A stretch of DNA of 64,000 nucleotides from Candidatus Bathyarchaeota archaeon (lineage in GTDB: Archaea; Thermoproteota; Bathyarchaeia; Bathyarchaeales; Bathycorpusculaceae): the NCBI GenBank assembly GCA_963775685.1, contig CAVZJV010000014.1:1600001-1664000 (forward strand), read 5' to 3'. Made by a program: the position numbers and the translations under genes. Within the stretch, counting starts at the first letter, position 1; each line of letters opens with the position of its first letter. This document shows, in pieces, positions 50,798-61,763 of this stretch. The notes beneath the pieces are model-generated. The model did no database searches. It was not told the origin of the DNA and worked only from the letters and a program-made list of their open reading frames with translations.

Positions 50798-51688
50798 TTA
50801 TGTATTACTTTTAAAGAAACTTCTTGTTTTGTGCCTATTAACCTTCTTGGCGTCTTTTCTCACGATTACAATGGGTTTATGCTTGATTGTGGAGAGCATA
50901 TCCCAGCTTACTTCGTCGATTTCTGCGTGGAACCTGGCGGCCATATCCCAAACCGTAGCTCCCGAGCCTGGACCACGAGCCTTGTCGGCGATATTGGTGA
51001 TTTTTATCGCTTCGCTTGCCGAGATAATACAGCCTGCAACAGCCAACGGGGTTGAGCTTTTTTTAAGTTTGAGAATGCGTCCTATGGTGTAGCTAGTGCT
51101 TGCGCCCAATGAATGTATGCCTTTGAGGGGATTTGGTCTTGGCGTAAAATAGAAGTTGTGGAACCCGTAGGTTTTGTCAGTGTCAGCGATTATAACGCAA
51201 ACATTCTTCTGCAATCGCTGTCGGATTTGATTTTGGATTTTATGGGCTAACTCATCTGCATTCTCCAACGGCAAGCTCACATAGGAATAAGGTAAATTGG
51301 ACCCGTCTATCCCACCTTCTGACCCAAACATGAGCGCCTGCCAAAAACCAGCATACTGCAGGGTAATTTGTTTGTGGCGACTCCCAGAAGACAATGGGTA
51401 GTTTCGCAATCGCTTTAGCAAGCGTTGCCCAAAGCCGCACAACATGCCAAGCGGATACCCCCAAACACGGCGCATCCAAAACCGAACCAAAACCCTCGCC
51501 GTCAAACTGGGCTTAACGACTGTTTCATCAACCATGTTGCCCAATGCGGTTGAGATTGCTTTTTCAGAAACCACAACAAAGTCGCCATTTTCCACACTTC
51601 TTTCTATTGAGTTGATTATTTTATCTGCAAAGTCACTATGCGGTTTCCAGTAATTGGTTGTTACTGCCAACGCCGAGTACTTAGTCAT
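50798..51688 (-). CDS. CofE-like F420-0:gamma-glutamyl ligase family protein
   Basis: GDFVVVSEKAIS, GGIDGSN, VIIADTD, PIVIVR. Confidence 0.75.
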   Translation of the reverse strand: MTKYSALAVTTNYWKPHSDFADKIINSIERSVENGDFVVVSEKAISTALGNMVDETVVKPSLTARVLVRFWMRRVWGYPLGMLCGFGQRLLKRLRNYPLSSGSRHKQITLQYAGFWQALMFGSEGGIDGSNLPYSYVSLPLENADELAHKIQNQIRQRLQKNVCVIIADTDKTYGFHNFYFTPRPNPLKGIHSLGASTSYTIGRILKLKKSSTPLAVAGCIISASEAIKITNIADKARGPGSGATVWDMAARFHAEIDEVSWDMLSTIKHKPIVIVRKDAKKVNRHKTRSFFKSNT

Positions 51689-51772
51689 TGATTTGGCACT
51701 TTACAACCAGTTCGGGTTTACCCTAATAAAGTCTTAAGCCCTCTCTTCCCAAGCATGAACCGTCAAATTGGA

Positions 51773-52828
51773 CTAAAAGAGTGCGTATGGAAAGCCTTGG
51801 TTGTTTTGGTGCAGTTTGCCTTTTATGGGGATTTGGTGGCCGCAAACGGGGCATTTCATGTCGTTAGTCAGGTTCCAGTTGGTGATATCGAAACTTTGTC
51901 GTTTGATGACGACGGTGTCGCAGTTTGGGCAATAGGTATTTTCCGCTGGATGACCGGGCACGTTGCCTACGTAAACGTAATTTAACCCCTGGTTTTTCGC
52001 TGTCAAATAGGCGCGTTCCATATCCTCAACCGATGTAGCAGAAACGGTGGTCAGCTTATATTCGGGGTGGAAACGAAGCAGGTGAAATGGCGTGTCGGGT
52101 CCCAGGTAATTTTTGATCCATTTGGCCATTTCACGGATGCGGTCCATGGAGTCACCCATTTTGGGAACGATCAGGTTGGTGATTTCTATGTGGACCCCGC
52201 CGAGTTTGAGTTCTTTTAGGCTTTCATATATTGGTTCCACTTTGGGCACGGACATGACGGATTTGTAGAAATCAGGGTCTGCTCCACCCTTGAAATCGAT
52301 GGTTACTGCATCCAAGTAAGGCGCGATGGTTTTTACAGCTTCAGGGGTCATGTAGCCGTTGCTGACAAACGTGTTAAACAATCCTGCTTCATGTGCAAGC
52401 TTCGCACTGTCGTAAGCATACTCCATAAAGATGGTAGGTTCCGTGTAAGTATAACTGATCCCTTGACACCCCGCATTCTTAGCTGATCTGACAACTTCAT
52501 CTGGTGAAAAGGGTTTCCCGGCGACTTCATGATCTTGGCTTATCATCCAGTTGTCACAGAATTGGCAACGGAAATTGCAGCCGCCCGCTGCAACAGACAA
52601 AACCAAAGCGCCAGGGTTAAAATGCGACAGGGGCTTTTTGCCAATAGGATCTACACCCACCGACACAGCTTTGCCATAGTTAAGTGTATACAAGATGCCG
52701 CCTTGGTTTTTTCGAACCATGCAAAACCCAGTTGAATCATCACTGATTAAACAACGACGCGCACATAAGCAACATTTTATTTTGTTTTCAGGTTGCTTCT
52801 CGTAGAGCATGGCTTCATGAAGTGACAT
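51773..52828 (-). CDS. amrS: AmmeMemoRadiSam system radical SAM enzyme
   Basis: C.LCARRC, DPIGKKPL.HF, CNFRCQFCDNW, YTYTEP, RFHP.Y, YVGNV, T.CP.C. Confidence 0.92.
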   Translation of the reverse strand: MSLHEAMLYEKQPENKIKCCLCARRCLISDDSTGFCMVRKNQGGILYTLNYGKAVSVGVDPIGKKPLSHFNPGALVLSVAAGGCNFRCQFCDNWMISQDHEVAGKPFSPDEVVRSAKNAGCQGISYTYTEPTIFMEYAYDSAKLAHEAGLFNTFVSNGYMTPEAVKTIAPYLDAVTIDFKGGADPDFYKSVMSVPKVEPIYESLKELKLGGVHIEITNLIVPKMGDSMDRIREMAKWIKNYLGPDTPFHLLRFHPEYKLTTVSATSVEDMERAYLTAKNQGLNYVYVGNVPGHPAENTYCPNCDTVVIKRQSFDITNWNLTNDMKCPVCGHQIPIKGKLHQNNQGFPYALF

Positions 52829-53611
52829 TTTTACTCAAAACTCTCCAACTAATAGAGAAGTGAGTTTTTGTTTAAAAGCATTAACTTCAAGCGCTTGCTT
52901 AGAAATATTTTGATAAAGAAAAGCACCCTCTTTTCATGCCATCGGCTATGTAACCGTTTAGACCGCTGAAAAGCCAAGGTCAAACTTTCTCTGGAAAGCC
53001 TCACTTAACTTTTCGTCTAATCAGGAAGATATAGAAGCGTTTTTCTTTTGCTCTTATCAAACTCAATGGTATGTCAAAGTCGTTTTCTTTTGTTCTGTTC
53101 GCCCCTAACAAAAGAGCCAAAAACGCACATCGTTTTCAAACAGATTTTAATTATACTCTTCTTAATGCCTTTCTTTCTTAACCCTTCGACAGTTTTTGAG
53201 CTTGGATTCCCAGTATGTATATGTGCCCAGACTTAAGCTTTTTTCAGAAATTAAAATGGCTATTCCTGCATTCCAAATAATAGTTGGAGCATCTTCTGTA
53301 AAAGTAAAAGGAAAAATCCAGATTTCAAGAAGAACAATACAATAGAACAACCGCCATTCCCAGATGGTTTAGGACATTCTACAACATTTGCAGAAATAAC
53401 CTATAGCCATCGCAAAGCCCAAACAACAAAACAAACCCTGCCATTTTTGCAAAATCAACTGGTGTTGTTCTTCAATCAAACAGAACCAAGTGATACGTGG
53501 AGCTGATCGAATTAAATTAGAGAAGCAAAAAAGACACTCTACAATGAATACCTAAAGCAACGCCTGATCAAGAAAAGAAAATTACAAAAAACTTACGATA
53601 TTATAAAAAAA

Positions 53612-53959
53612 TCATGGTTTTTTATTTTGCAACAATGTGTTGTAGAAGCAGCTATATTCGCCTGTGTGGCATGCTGGACCTATCTGCTCAACCACATAAA
53701 GCAGCGAGTCATAGTCGCAATCGGTTGAAATAGACACTATTTTTTGTGTGTGACCCGAGGTTTCGCCTTTAATCCACAGTTCATTTCTGCTGCGGCTCCA
53801 ATATGTACCCTGGCCTGTCTTGAGCGTATGCTCAATGGCTTGGCGGTTCGCATAGGCTTGCATGAGCACTTCTTTGGTTATTGCGTCCTGAACTATGACG
53901 GGTATTAGTCCGTTGCCTTTCTTGAAATCAAGCTTTTCTAGCAGGGCGTTGGTTGTCAT
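53612..53959 (-). CDS. hisI: Phosphoribosyl-AMP cyclohydrolase
   Basis: YWSRSR.ELW.KGETSG, DCDYD, ACHTG..SCF; no HisE domain. Confidence 0.96.
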   Translation of the reverse strand: MTTNALLEKLDFKKGNGLIPVIVQDAITKEVLMQAYANRQAIEHTLKTGQGTYWSRSRNELWIKGETSGHTQKIVSISTDCDYDSLLYVVEQIGPACHTGEYSCFYNTLLQNKKP

Positions 53960-54759
53960 TGTCTTATTGTCACCCCCATCTTTCGCAAGTAGTCTTTCAC
54001 TACTGGAACGGGGTACTGGTTGTAGTGAAATATAGAAGCTGCCAACGCCGCGTCGGCTTTGCCCTCGGTTAAGACCTCAAGTAAGTGTTTGGGTTCCCCT
54101 GCGCCGCCGCTAGCAATGATTGGCACGTTCACGCGTTCAGATATGGCACGAGTTAATTCGATATCGTAGCCATCTTTTGTGCCATCACGGTCCATAGAAG
54201 TCACCAGAAATTCGCCTGCCCCAAGCTGCTCGGCCTGCTTTGCCCAAGCTAAAGCATCTATACCCGACGGCTTACGCCCACCATAAGTTACAACTTCAAA
54301 CCACAACTTGCCCTCAGCCGTGTCAACCATGATTTTCCCGTCGCTTGCCGCGCGGTTTCTTCTCGCATCAATGGCGCAGACCACACATTGTCTACCAAAA
54401 ACATCGGCAAGTTCAGTTATTACTTTTGAGTTTTCCACTGCCGCTGTGTTAACCGACACTTTGTCGGCACCACTGCACAAAACCAGTCTTGCATCCGACA
54501 CATTACGAACACCTCCTCCGACAGTAAATGGTATGCTGATAGCTTTTGCGACACCCTCCACAATACCACGCAAAATGTCGCGTTTCTCTGATGAAGCAGT
54601 AATATCAAGAAAAACCAATTCGTCGGCACCTTGGTCAGAGTATTGTTTAGCCATCTCTACAGGGTCGCCAGCACATTTAGGATTCAGAAAGTTTATGCAT
54701 TTGACGACTTTCCCATGGTCAACATCCAAGCAGGGTATAATACGTTTCGCTAAGGGCAT
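53956..54759 (-). CDS. hisF: Imidazole glycerol phosphate synthase cyclase subunit
   Basis: [35 protein letters not shown]. Confidence 0.97.
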   Translation of the reverse strand: MPLAKRIIPCLDVDHGKVVKCINFLNPKCAGDPVEMAKQYSDQGADELVFLDITASSEKRDILRGIVEGVAKAISIPFTVGGGVRNVSDARLVLCSGADKVSVNTAAVENSKVITELADVFGRQCVVCAIDARRNRAASDGKIMVDTAEGKLWFEVVTYGGRKPSGIDALAWAKQAEQLGAGEFLVTSMDRDGTKDGYDIELTRAISERVNVPIIASGGAGEPKHLLEVLTEGKADAALAASIFHYNQYPVPVVKDYLRKMGVTIRQ

Positions 54760-54762
54760 CTT

Positions 54763-55497
54763 TTAAGCTCCTATTTTTTGTATGGCTTCCTTTAACGTGA
54801 AGCGTCCCTCATAAAGTGCTTTTCCGATAACAGCACCTTCTACACCGATTTCTTTGAGAGCGGCCAAATCACCTATGCTGCCGATTCCCCCTGCCGCCAC
54901 GATTTTGGCGTTTGGGTATAGATTGGCTTGACTGAGAGTATTTAGATCTGGACCGCTAAGCATACCGTCTTGGGCTATAGAAGTTATCAAGAAACGAGGG
55001 ACACCAAGTGCAGTGTACTTTTCAAGTGCATCGTCTAAAGTCATGGCGGTTGCGGTTTTCCATCCTTCAACCATAATGAGCCCATCCTTGTTGTCCAAAG
55101 CAACAATAACGGATTCTGAGCCAAATTTCTTCTGGATTTTGCCAATCACCGAAGGGTCGCTAAACGCTAAAGCACCAAGGATTACTTGGGTTATACCTGT
55201 CTGGAATAGTTTATCAGCTGTTTCGTAACTACGTATTCCACCACCAACCTGAATGGGCAACTTAACGTTCTTGGCAATCTCCGCTATGACCGCATAATTG
55301 TTGCCTAATGCAAAAGCAGCATCCAAATCGATAATGTGAAGTTTTCCTGCTCCTTCATCTCGCCATCGCTTTGCGGCTTCATATGGGGTTCCAAATTGGC
55401 TTTCGTAGATTTTGGCGGTTTTAGCCTCACCGCGAGTTAACCGGACGATTTTGCCATTCATTAAATCTATTGCTGGAATCATTTGCATATTAATCAC
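54763..55497 (-). CDS. hisA: ProFAR isomerase
   Basis: IPAIDL..G..VRL..G, HIIDLD.A, QVGGGIR, DGMLSG. Confidence 0.96.
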   Translation of the reverse strand: MINMQMIPAIDLMNGKIVRLTRGEAKTAKIYESQFGTPYEAAKRWRDEGAGKLHIIDLDAAFALGNNYAVIAEIAKNVKLPIQVGGGIRSYETADKLFQTGITQVILGALAFSDPSVIGKIQKKFGSESVIVALDNKDGLIMVEGWKTATAMTLDDALEKYTALGVPRFLITSIAQDGMLSGPDLNTLSQANLYPNAKIVAAGGIGSIGDLAALKEIGVEGAVIGKALYEGRFTLKEAIQKIGA

Positions 55498-56099
55498 TTA
55501 ACCACTGTTTTGACGAAGTTCCTTAGAATTTTTAAGCCAACATCGCCCGATTTTTCGGGATGAAACTGGGTGCCATAGATATTTTTACTGGCAACTGCAG
55601 AAGTGAAGGTTGTGCCATACTCAGTTGTTGCATAAACTATTGACTTGTCTTTTGGGACCGGATAGAGGGAGTGGACAAAATAGACATAGGTACCTTCTGC
55701 GATACCATCGAAGAGCTCGTTTGGTTTAACGAGGTTTAGTGTGTTCCATCCCATATGCGGCACCTTCACCGTTTTAGGCAACTGCGCGTTTCTGCCTTGA
55801 AAGAAACCTAAGCCCGTTCCGGGTCCTTCCTCACTGGATTCAAAGAAAAGCTGCAAACCCAAACAGATACCAAGGAGCGGTGTACCCTCTTTAATTTTGG
55901 TTCGAAGGTCTTCTTTGACCGCGTCCAATTTGCCTGATGCTGCGGTAAAGCTTCCAACGCCAGGAAGTGCAATGGCGTCTGCCTTAGCCAAATCCTGTAG
56001 CGTGGTGCCAATAGACGCAGTTAAACCTGCTTTTTCCAACGCAGTTTTAAGACTAAGCAAGTTTCCAACGCCATAATCGAAAATGACTGCGTTGGGCAT
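55494..56099 (-). CDS. hisH: Imidazole glycerol phosphate synthase glutaminase subunit
   Basis: DYGVGNL.S, PGVG, GICLGLQ, VPHMGWN, QFHPEKS. Confidence 0.97.
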   Translation of the reverse strand: MPNAVIFDYGVGNLLSLKTALEKAGLTASIGTTLQDLAKADAIALPGVGSFTAASGKLDAVKEDLRTKIKEGTPLLGICLGLQLFFESSEEGPGTGLGFFQGRNAQLPKTVKVPHMGWNTLNLVKPNELFDGIAEGTYVYFVHSLYPVPKDKSIVYATTEYGTTFTSAVASKNIYGTQFHPEKSGDVGLKILRNFVKTVVK

Positions 56100-56674
56100 T
56101 AGATGACCCCTTTTGAGGTAGGTACGCCTTTACGTCTGGGATCCATGGATACTGCTTGTCTCAGCGACAACGCCAAGGCTTTGGTTGCGGCTTCGGCTTT
56201 GTGGTGGTCGTTGCTACCGTACTCAACGAAAATGTGTACGTTAGCTTGAAGTGCGGTGGCGAGGGATTCGAAGAAGTGGTTGATGTCTTCAGTGGGCATG
56301 TCTTCTACTTTTTTGCCGCGGAGTTTAAGGTCGATTTTGAAGTAGGGACGTTTAACTAAGTCGACGACGGCGAATGCCAGAGAGCAGTCCATGGGTACGG
56401 CGGCGTTGCCAAACCGTGTAATGCCTTCGCGCGTGCCTAACGCTTTGTTTAGTGCTTCGCCCAATCCGATTGCGAGATCCTCGACGGAGTGGTGCACCAA
56501 GTCGCCCTTCACTGAGGCGTTTATGTCGATTAGGCTGTGGGTTGCAAGAGAGGTTATCATGTGATTAAGAAAGGGCACAGGTGAACAAACGCTCACTTTT
56601 CCTTCGCCGTCAAGATTTACCTGAACTTTAACTTCGGTTTCTTTGGTTTTACGGTAAACTTCCTCTTTCCTCAT
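56099..56674 (-). CDS. hisB: Imidazoleglycerol-phosphate dehydratase
   Basis: RKTKET, HHSVED, NDHHKAEA..KA, PTSKG. Confidence 0.97.
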   Translation of the reverse strand: MRKEEVYRKTKETEVKVQVNLDGEGKVSVCSPVPFLNHMITSLATHSLIDINASVKGDLVHHSVEDLAIGLGEALNKALGTREGITRFGNAAVPMDCSLAFAVVDLVKRPYFKIDLKLRGKKVEDMPTEDINHFFESLATALQANVHIFVEYGSNDHHKAEAATKALALSLRQAVSMDPRRKGVPTSKGVI

Positions 56675-57795
56675 TCATCTTCCCCTTCAATCTCGTTTAG
56701 AGCCTCAATTAGTTTATCGTTCATTTCTGGCAAACCAACGGTGACACGGAAGCAGTTGTCGTACCGGAGGATTTTGCCCCATTTCTTAACCATGATGCCT
56801 TTCCAAAGCAGCTTCTGATTAACCAAGTCACAGGGTTTTTGTGTATTCATAAGCACGAAGTTGGCTTGTGAATCGAAGGCTTGCACCCCTTCTATTTCGT
56901 TGAGAGCCTTTATCAGTTTTGCCCGCTCACTCTTCACTTGCCTTACGGATTCCATCATTAAATCAACATTATCCAGCATTTTAGAGCCCATTCTTAATGT
57001 GAAACCGCTAACAGGATAAGGCAAAGGGGCTTTCTCGGTTAAAATCTTGGCTAACTCAGGGTTTGCCACAGCATAACCAAGCCGAAGCGCCGCCAAACCG
57101 AACGCCTTCGAGAAAGTTCGCAGAATAATCATGTTATCAAACTCCCTTATCCGCGGCACAAACGAATAATCGGCAAATTCACCATACGCCTCATCTAAGA
57201 CGACGATTCCAGGAAAAGCTTTGACTAGGACCTCAATATCTTTAGCGCTGTACTGCGTTCCGGTGGGACTATTGGGCGAACACAGGTAAAGAAGCCTTGT
57301 TTTGTCTGAAAACTTGGAAAGCATCCCCTTAACATCAAGTTGCAGGTTTTTTTGAAGCGGAACAGCAATGTATTCGCCTTCTTGGCGTTTAACACATAGG
57401 CACGGAATGGAGAATGTCGGTGTGAACGATACTGCGAGGTCGCCTTTCTCCACAAAGAGCCTGATAATACGGTCGATTAATTCGTCGCTTGCGTTGCCGA
57501 CCACAAGGAAATCCTTTGGAACTTTCATGTAGCCAGCAAGTTTTTCGCGCAGTTTAACCTCTTCGTCCTCAGGGTATATGCGCAAATCGATTTCTTCAGC
57601 CAACTCTTTCACCAGCTTAGCTTGTTTAACTCGGGGCATGAACAAGTTCTCGTTAAAATCCAGCTTGATTATCTGTTTTGTAGTAACACCCAGTTGCTTC
57701 GCTACTGTTTCGGGCGTGGCTCCAGCTGTGTAGCAGTCTATTGCTTGGAGTTTTTCGAGTTTTTGTTTTACCCATTTCTTGTAAGATTCACTCAT
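56671..57795 (-). CDS. hisC: Histidinol-phosphate aminotransferase
   Basis: KLDFNEN, SPNSPTG, DEAY.EF, RTFSKAFGLAALRLGY. Confidence 0.96.
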   Translation of the reverse strand: MSESYKKWVKQKLEKLQAIDCYTAGATPETVAKQLGVTTKQIIKLDFNENLFMPRVKQAKLVKELAEEIDLRIYPEDEEVKLREKLAGYMKVPKDFLVVGNASDELIDRIIRLFVEKGDLAVSFTPTFSIPCLCVKRQEGEYIAVPLQKNLQLDVKGMLSKFSDKTRLLYLCSPNSPTGTQYSAKDIEVLVKAFPGIVVLDEAYGEFADYSFVPRIREFDNMIILRTFSKAFGLAALRLGYAVANPELAKILTEKAPLPYPVSGFTLRMGSKMLDNVDLMMESVRQVKSERAKLIKALNEIEGVQAFDSQANFVLMNTQKPCDLVNQKLLWKGIMVKKWGKILRYDNCFRVTVGLPEMNDKLIEALNEIEGEDE

Positions 57796-59098
57796 TTTTC
57801 AAACCTTGCCTGTATTGCTTTGAAGTGGTTTGGAAGGTTCTCAGCTTCCGTCAATACCTTGATGCTGTCCTTTACTCTCTCAAGACCCACTCTTGTGCTT
57901 TCAACTATGCTTACTCGCCGCATAAAATCCAATGAAGACAAGCCTGAGAAAGAATGAGCAAAGCCGCCTGTAGGCAGGACATGGTTGGTTCCGCTTCCAT
58001 AGTCGCTTAGGGCAACTGGGCTGTAGGGACCTAACAGTATGAGTCCAGCGGTGAGTTTCTCGGCTACTTCATTGGGGTTTAGCTGTCATGACTTCTAAGT
58101 GTTCCGCAGCAAACTGATTCACCAAACCGATAGCCTCATCCACGCTTTCGCAGGTTATTATGAATCCGTATTTGGCAAGTGACTCAGAGATTTTTTCGCC
58201 TCTTTGTGCTAAAGCAGCGACCTTTGCAAGGTTTTCCTGCACTTGCAAAGCAAGCTTCTCAGACGTTGTTATGAGTCCAGCAACGCTGTCGCCTCCATGC
58301 TCAGCCTGCGAAACCATATCATAAGCGATCAACCGCGCATCAGCCGAATCATCCGCCAACACAAGCACTTCGCTTGGGCCAGCAGGCATATCAATAGCCA
58401 CATCAGTTGAAACCAAAACTTTCGCTGCAGTCACATATTTGCTTCCTGGACCCACGATTTTCCGGACAGGCGCTATGGTTTTTGTTCCGTAAGCTAAAGC
58501 AGCTATGGCTTGGGCTCCGCCTACCTTGTAGACTTCGTCGACTCCGCAGATGTCTGCGGCAACCAGAACCAAGAGGGTTAACTTTGCCTTTAGCATCTGA
58601 GGGTGAACACACGACAACTCGTGGGACACCAGCAACTTTGGCTGGAACCACAGTCATGACAAGAGTGCTTGGGTAAGACGGCTTGTCCGCCTGGAACATA
58701 GCATCCGACACTTTCGATTGGGCGCAGAACAGTCTGTACCGATATTCCGTCATTGACAGTTTTGATGTCGGTTTGAGTGAGCAATTGCTTTTGGAATTTG
58801 CTGACTTTTTCTTGCATGAATTTTATAGCGGAGATTTGCTGCGGGAGTGGTTTTTGTGTAGGCTTCCTTGATTTCTGCAGGTTTAACTCTAAGACCGCGA
58901 ATGTCAAGTTCGGCTTTGTCAAATTTTAAGGCAAACTCAACTAAGCGCTCTATCGCCGTCTGCTTTGACCTGGTTTATTATGGCTTTGACGCTAGTTTCC
59001 AGTTCTTGTGTTGCTTTCTGGTCTGCCTGCTGCCTTCTAAACCAGTCGGCAGGTAGCTCTTTAGAGTTCCAGACTTTTACGTTGAATCCTTTTTGCAT
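57792..59098 (-). CDS. hisD: Histidinol dehydrogenase (several indels)
   Basis: [45 protein letters not shown] and GTNHVLPT across shifting frames; start [10 protein letters not shown] at 59098. Confidence 0.93.
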
Positions 59099-60079
59099 TG
59101 ACCTTCGTTTCTCCGTGCAATCTCATCGAGCGCCAGCACTTGCCTTGGCTCATAAACCACTAAGCCCTGAGCTAATTTGCGGATTTTCGGAAGCAACTCG
59201 ATTAGGCAGTCTTTTTCGATAACAGTGTTTACGCTAACCCACGTGTCGTCCGCCAGCGGCGATATGGTCGGGTTCTTTAATGCGGGCAATTCTGTTAGCA
59301 ATCGTTTGCAGGTTGGTTTTTTTGACGTTGACAAATATGTGGATTCTCTTCGAACCGTCCACAACTCCTTTGAGCAAAGCAACTATATCATAGATTTTCT
59401 CACGTTTCTCAGGGTCTTCTAAGGATTTCTTGTTGGCAATCAGTACTGCGGATGATTTCAGGACGGTTTCTATGATTCGCAGGTTGTTAGCTTCGATTGT
59501 CGTGCCTGTTTCGGTTACATCCATGATGCAGTCAGAGTCTTCTGGCGGCTTAGCTTCAGTTGCACCAAAAGAAAGGAAAATTTTGGCTCTTGCGTTGTCA
59601 CCTTTTTTCCACCAAGGCGTAACAATCATCGGGTCGGCATTGCCAAACCGCTTCTTGTACTGTGGAGTGTTCTTGAGGTATTCAGAGGCGATGTTGAGGT
59701 ATTCGGTGCTGATTCGGAAGTTTTTGCCCTGACTCCAAATCGACTCCATAAACTCGCCCACGGTGCTCTTTTCAGGCACGCTCTTTGGCACAGCTATGAC
59801 GAGTTTGATTTTTCCATATTCAAGGTTCTGGAGGATTTCGACATCTGCTTTGTTTTCTTTAACCCAATCTTCCCCAGTGATGCCAAGGTCTTGTAGGCCT
59901 TCGTTTACAAAAACAGGGATTTCTTGGGGTCGAAGAACCTTCATTTCGATTTGGGGGTCGTTTATGCTTGGGCGGTAAGTGCGTTCTGTTCCGCCGATTT
60001 TGAATCCTGATTTAGAGAAGAATTCCGCTGTTGCTTTTTCAAGTGAGCCTTTGGGGATGGCAAATTTTATTTTATCCAT
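59077..60079 (-). CDS. hisG: ATP phosphoribosyltransferase, long form (frameshift near 59295)
   Basis: AIPKGSL, RPQEIP, GITG.DW, SFGATEAKPP, DVTETGTT..AN.L; C-terminal LP.LKNPTISPL in the next frame. Confidence 0.95.
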
Positions 60080-60289
60080 AAATTTTTTCTCCTAAACTTT
60101 TAGAGAGGTATCTAAGGGTTTTTTGTTGCATCAAAACGGTTTTTTGGGAGGGTTGCGCCTAATTTCAAATATCTAATCGTTGTTACGCTTTCAATGAAGG
60201 CAATCGCCTTGTATGAACGCAATCCCTCATCATATACCACTGGAAGACACCTGAACACCTGTCTTCCTAATAAATCTGTTTCCTAATAT

Positions 60290-60894
60290 TTAACTGTCGG
60301 ATGCTAAATATTGACTCGATTTTGCGGTTTTAATCTCAAAAACCATCGGAGCCACAGAATTATGCGTTTCCAACTCCACACTGAGCAATCCTTCAGGATG
60401 CCCTTCCAAATTTCACAAGTCATGAATGAAGGGAGTCTTTAGAAGCAGAAACTTATCTTTGAGGTAGAAGTCACCGAAGCCCTGAACCTTTAACCGATTA
60501 AAGATAGCTTCCCAATTCTCTTGTTTGCGTGCATCTACACCCAGAGTGGATTGGATAGAAACTTTCAGGGCATCACCCATCTTTTCGCCGACTATCCAGA
60601 CCATTTTTCTTTAGGTATTTGCTGAGTAAGGATATTGAGTAATTCGACGTTGACAAAGGCGGTGCGGCTTATGCCACAGTAGTATTCGCCAGGAAAATGC
60701 CAATCGTAAATCATCATGCTCTTGTAGATGTCGAGCATTTTGGAGATTAACGGTTTTATGCCGGGTTCTTTGCCTTCTTTTATTAGTGATTCGATGAATT
60801 CGCGTTCGTTCTTTTCTAGGATGATGGTTGTTCTTTTTGCTTCTTCACTTTTCTGCTTGGGTGCATTAGGGATGTTTCGTTTGCTGTCAAGCAT
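60290..60894 (-). CDS. Hypothetical protein, possibly a regulator with RHH-like N-terminus and V4R-like C-terminus (frameshifted)
   Basis: KRTTIILEKNEREFIESLI N-terminus; continues through 60413..60604 and a third frame to a stop at 60290; directly upstream of hisG. Confidence 0.55.
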
Positions 60895-61058
60895 AGACCC
60901 TATTCTTCTAGCAATATTTAATATGACTTATGTATTCAGCAAGCATATTCAAACTCAATGTTTTCTCGTTTTATGAAATAGTCTAAAGAGAAAACCTTCT
61001 CTATACAAAGACAAACAACAAAGCCGCCAAGGAAAGTGTAGCATTTTTTGGTGCAGCA

Positions 61059-61372
61059 TTAATTCTTATCGGGTCCTTGTTCTTGATTATAAGCCAAAAA
61101 AAAACCAAACTTCCACCGAAGCCAAAGGTTTGTGAAAAGAAATAAATCGATCGCTAAATTCATTTTCGCGTCTGGTTCAACTTTAACTGTAACGTCTGGC
61201 CCTTTTATTCCAGCTAAAGGCGGAAGTATATGGGAAATAAATTGTTCTGCAGTGCATTGACGAACAGTTCCATTACAGACTGTATTCCTTCCAACCATCC
61301 TTTTCTTTTCTGAACTTCTGCAGCCATCTTATCTTTGAACATGATGTAGATTATGCATTCAGAATTTTTCAT
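61059..61372 (-). CDS. Small hypothetical protein (frameshifted)
   Basis: MKNSECIIYIMFKDK... joins NGTVRQCTAEQFISHILPPLAG across indels. Confidence 0.35.
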
Positions 61373-61471
61373 AGTTACCCTTTGGTAAACAGGATATTAA
61401 AAATTAACGCAAAAATCCACGTTTCAAACCAAAGAATACTTAATAAAACAGGTTCTGTCCTCTATGGTGGT

Positions 61472-61526
61472 GCCGATGAAGAACCTAATTAGCTGATTTG
61501 ATGATGCACCCTAGGGTATCTGAGGC
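61472..61526 (+). ncRNA. Candidate archaeal C/D-box methylation guide sRNA
   Basis: GCC-GATGA (C box), 13 nt, CTGA (D'), TT, TGATGA (C'), 15 nt, CTGA (D), GGC terminal stem; AT-rich TATA-like element about 30 bp upstream. Confidence 0.7.
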
Positions 61527-61531
61527 AAAGC

Positions 61532-61763
61532 TTACTCAATGACTCTCTTTCTGTTAAGGTACACAAGCAGACCTAAGCCAACTATCAACAGGACCGCGCC
61601 GACACCTATGGAGGCGATGTAGTCCACTTTAGCAACATCTGAAAGTAGATATGGAATATAGGTTGGACCGATAAATATCAAGAATACCGAGATAATAGTC
61701 ATTGTTACTTTCATGAATTTCGAATCTAAACCGCTAACTTGCATGTTTTCATTATTTTCAGTC
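61532..61763 (-). CDS. Small two-TM membrane protein
   Basis: Two hydrophobic helices separated by GPTYIPY; overlaps the PAC2 gene stop. Confidence 0.65.

Noticed and set aside
53048-53480. Short ORFs between amrS and hisI
   Set aside because: No recognisable motif or clear start signal; possibly a decayed membrane-protein gene but not supportable from the sequence.
57792-60079. Frameshifts in hisD and hisG (also hemA, mbf1, the kinase, MFS and PQQ genes) as programmed frameshifting or true pseudogenes
   Set aside because: Indels are scattered through many otherwise well-conserved genes with no shared slippery motif, which is typical of long-read consensus error.
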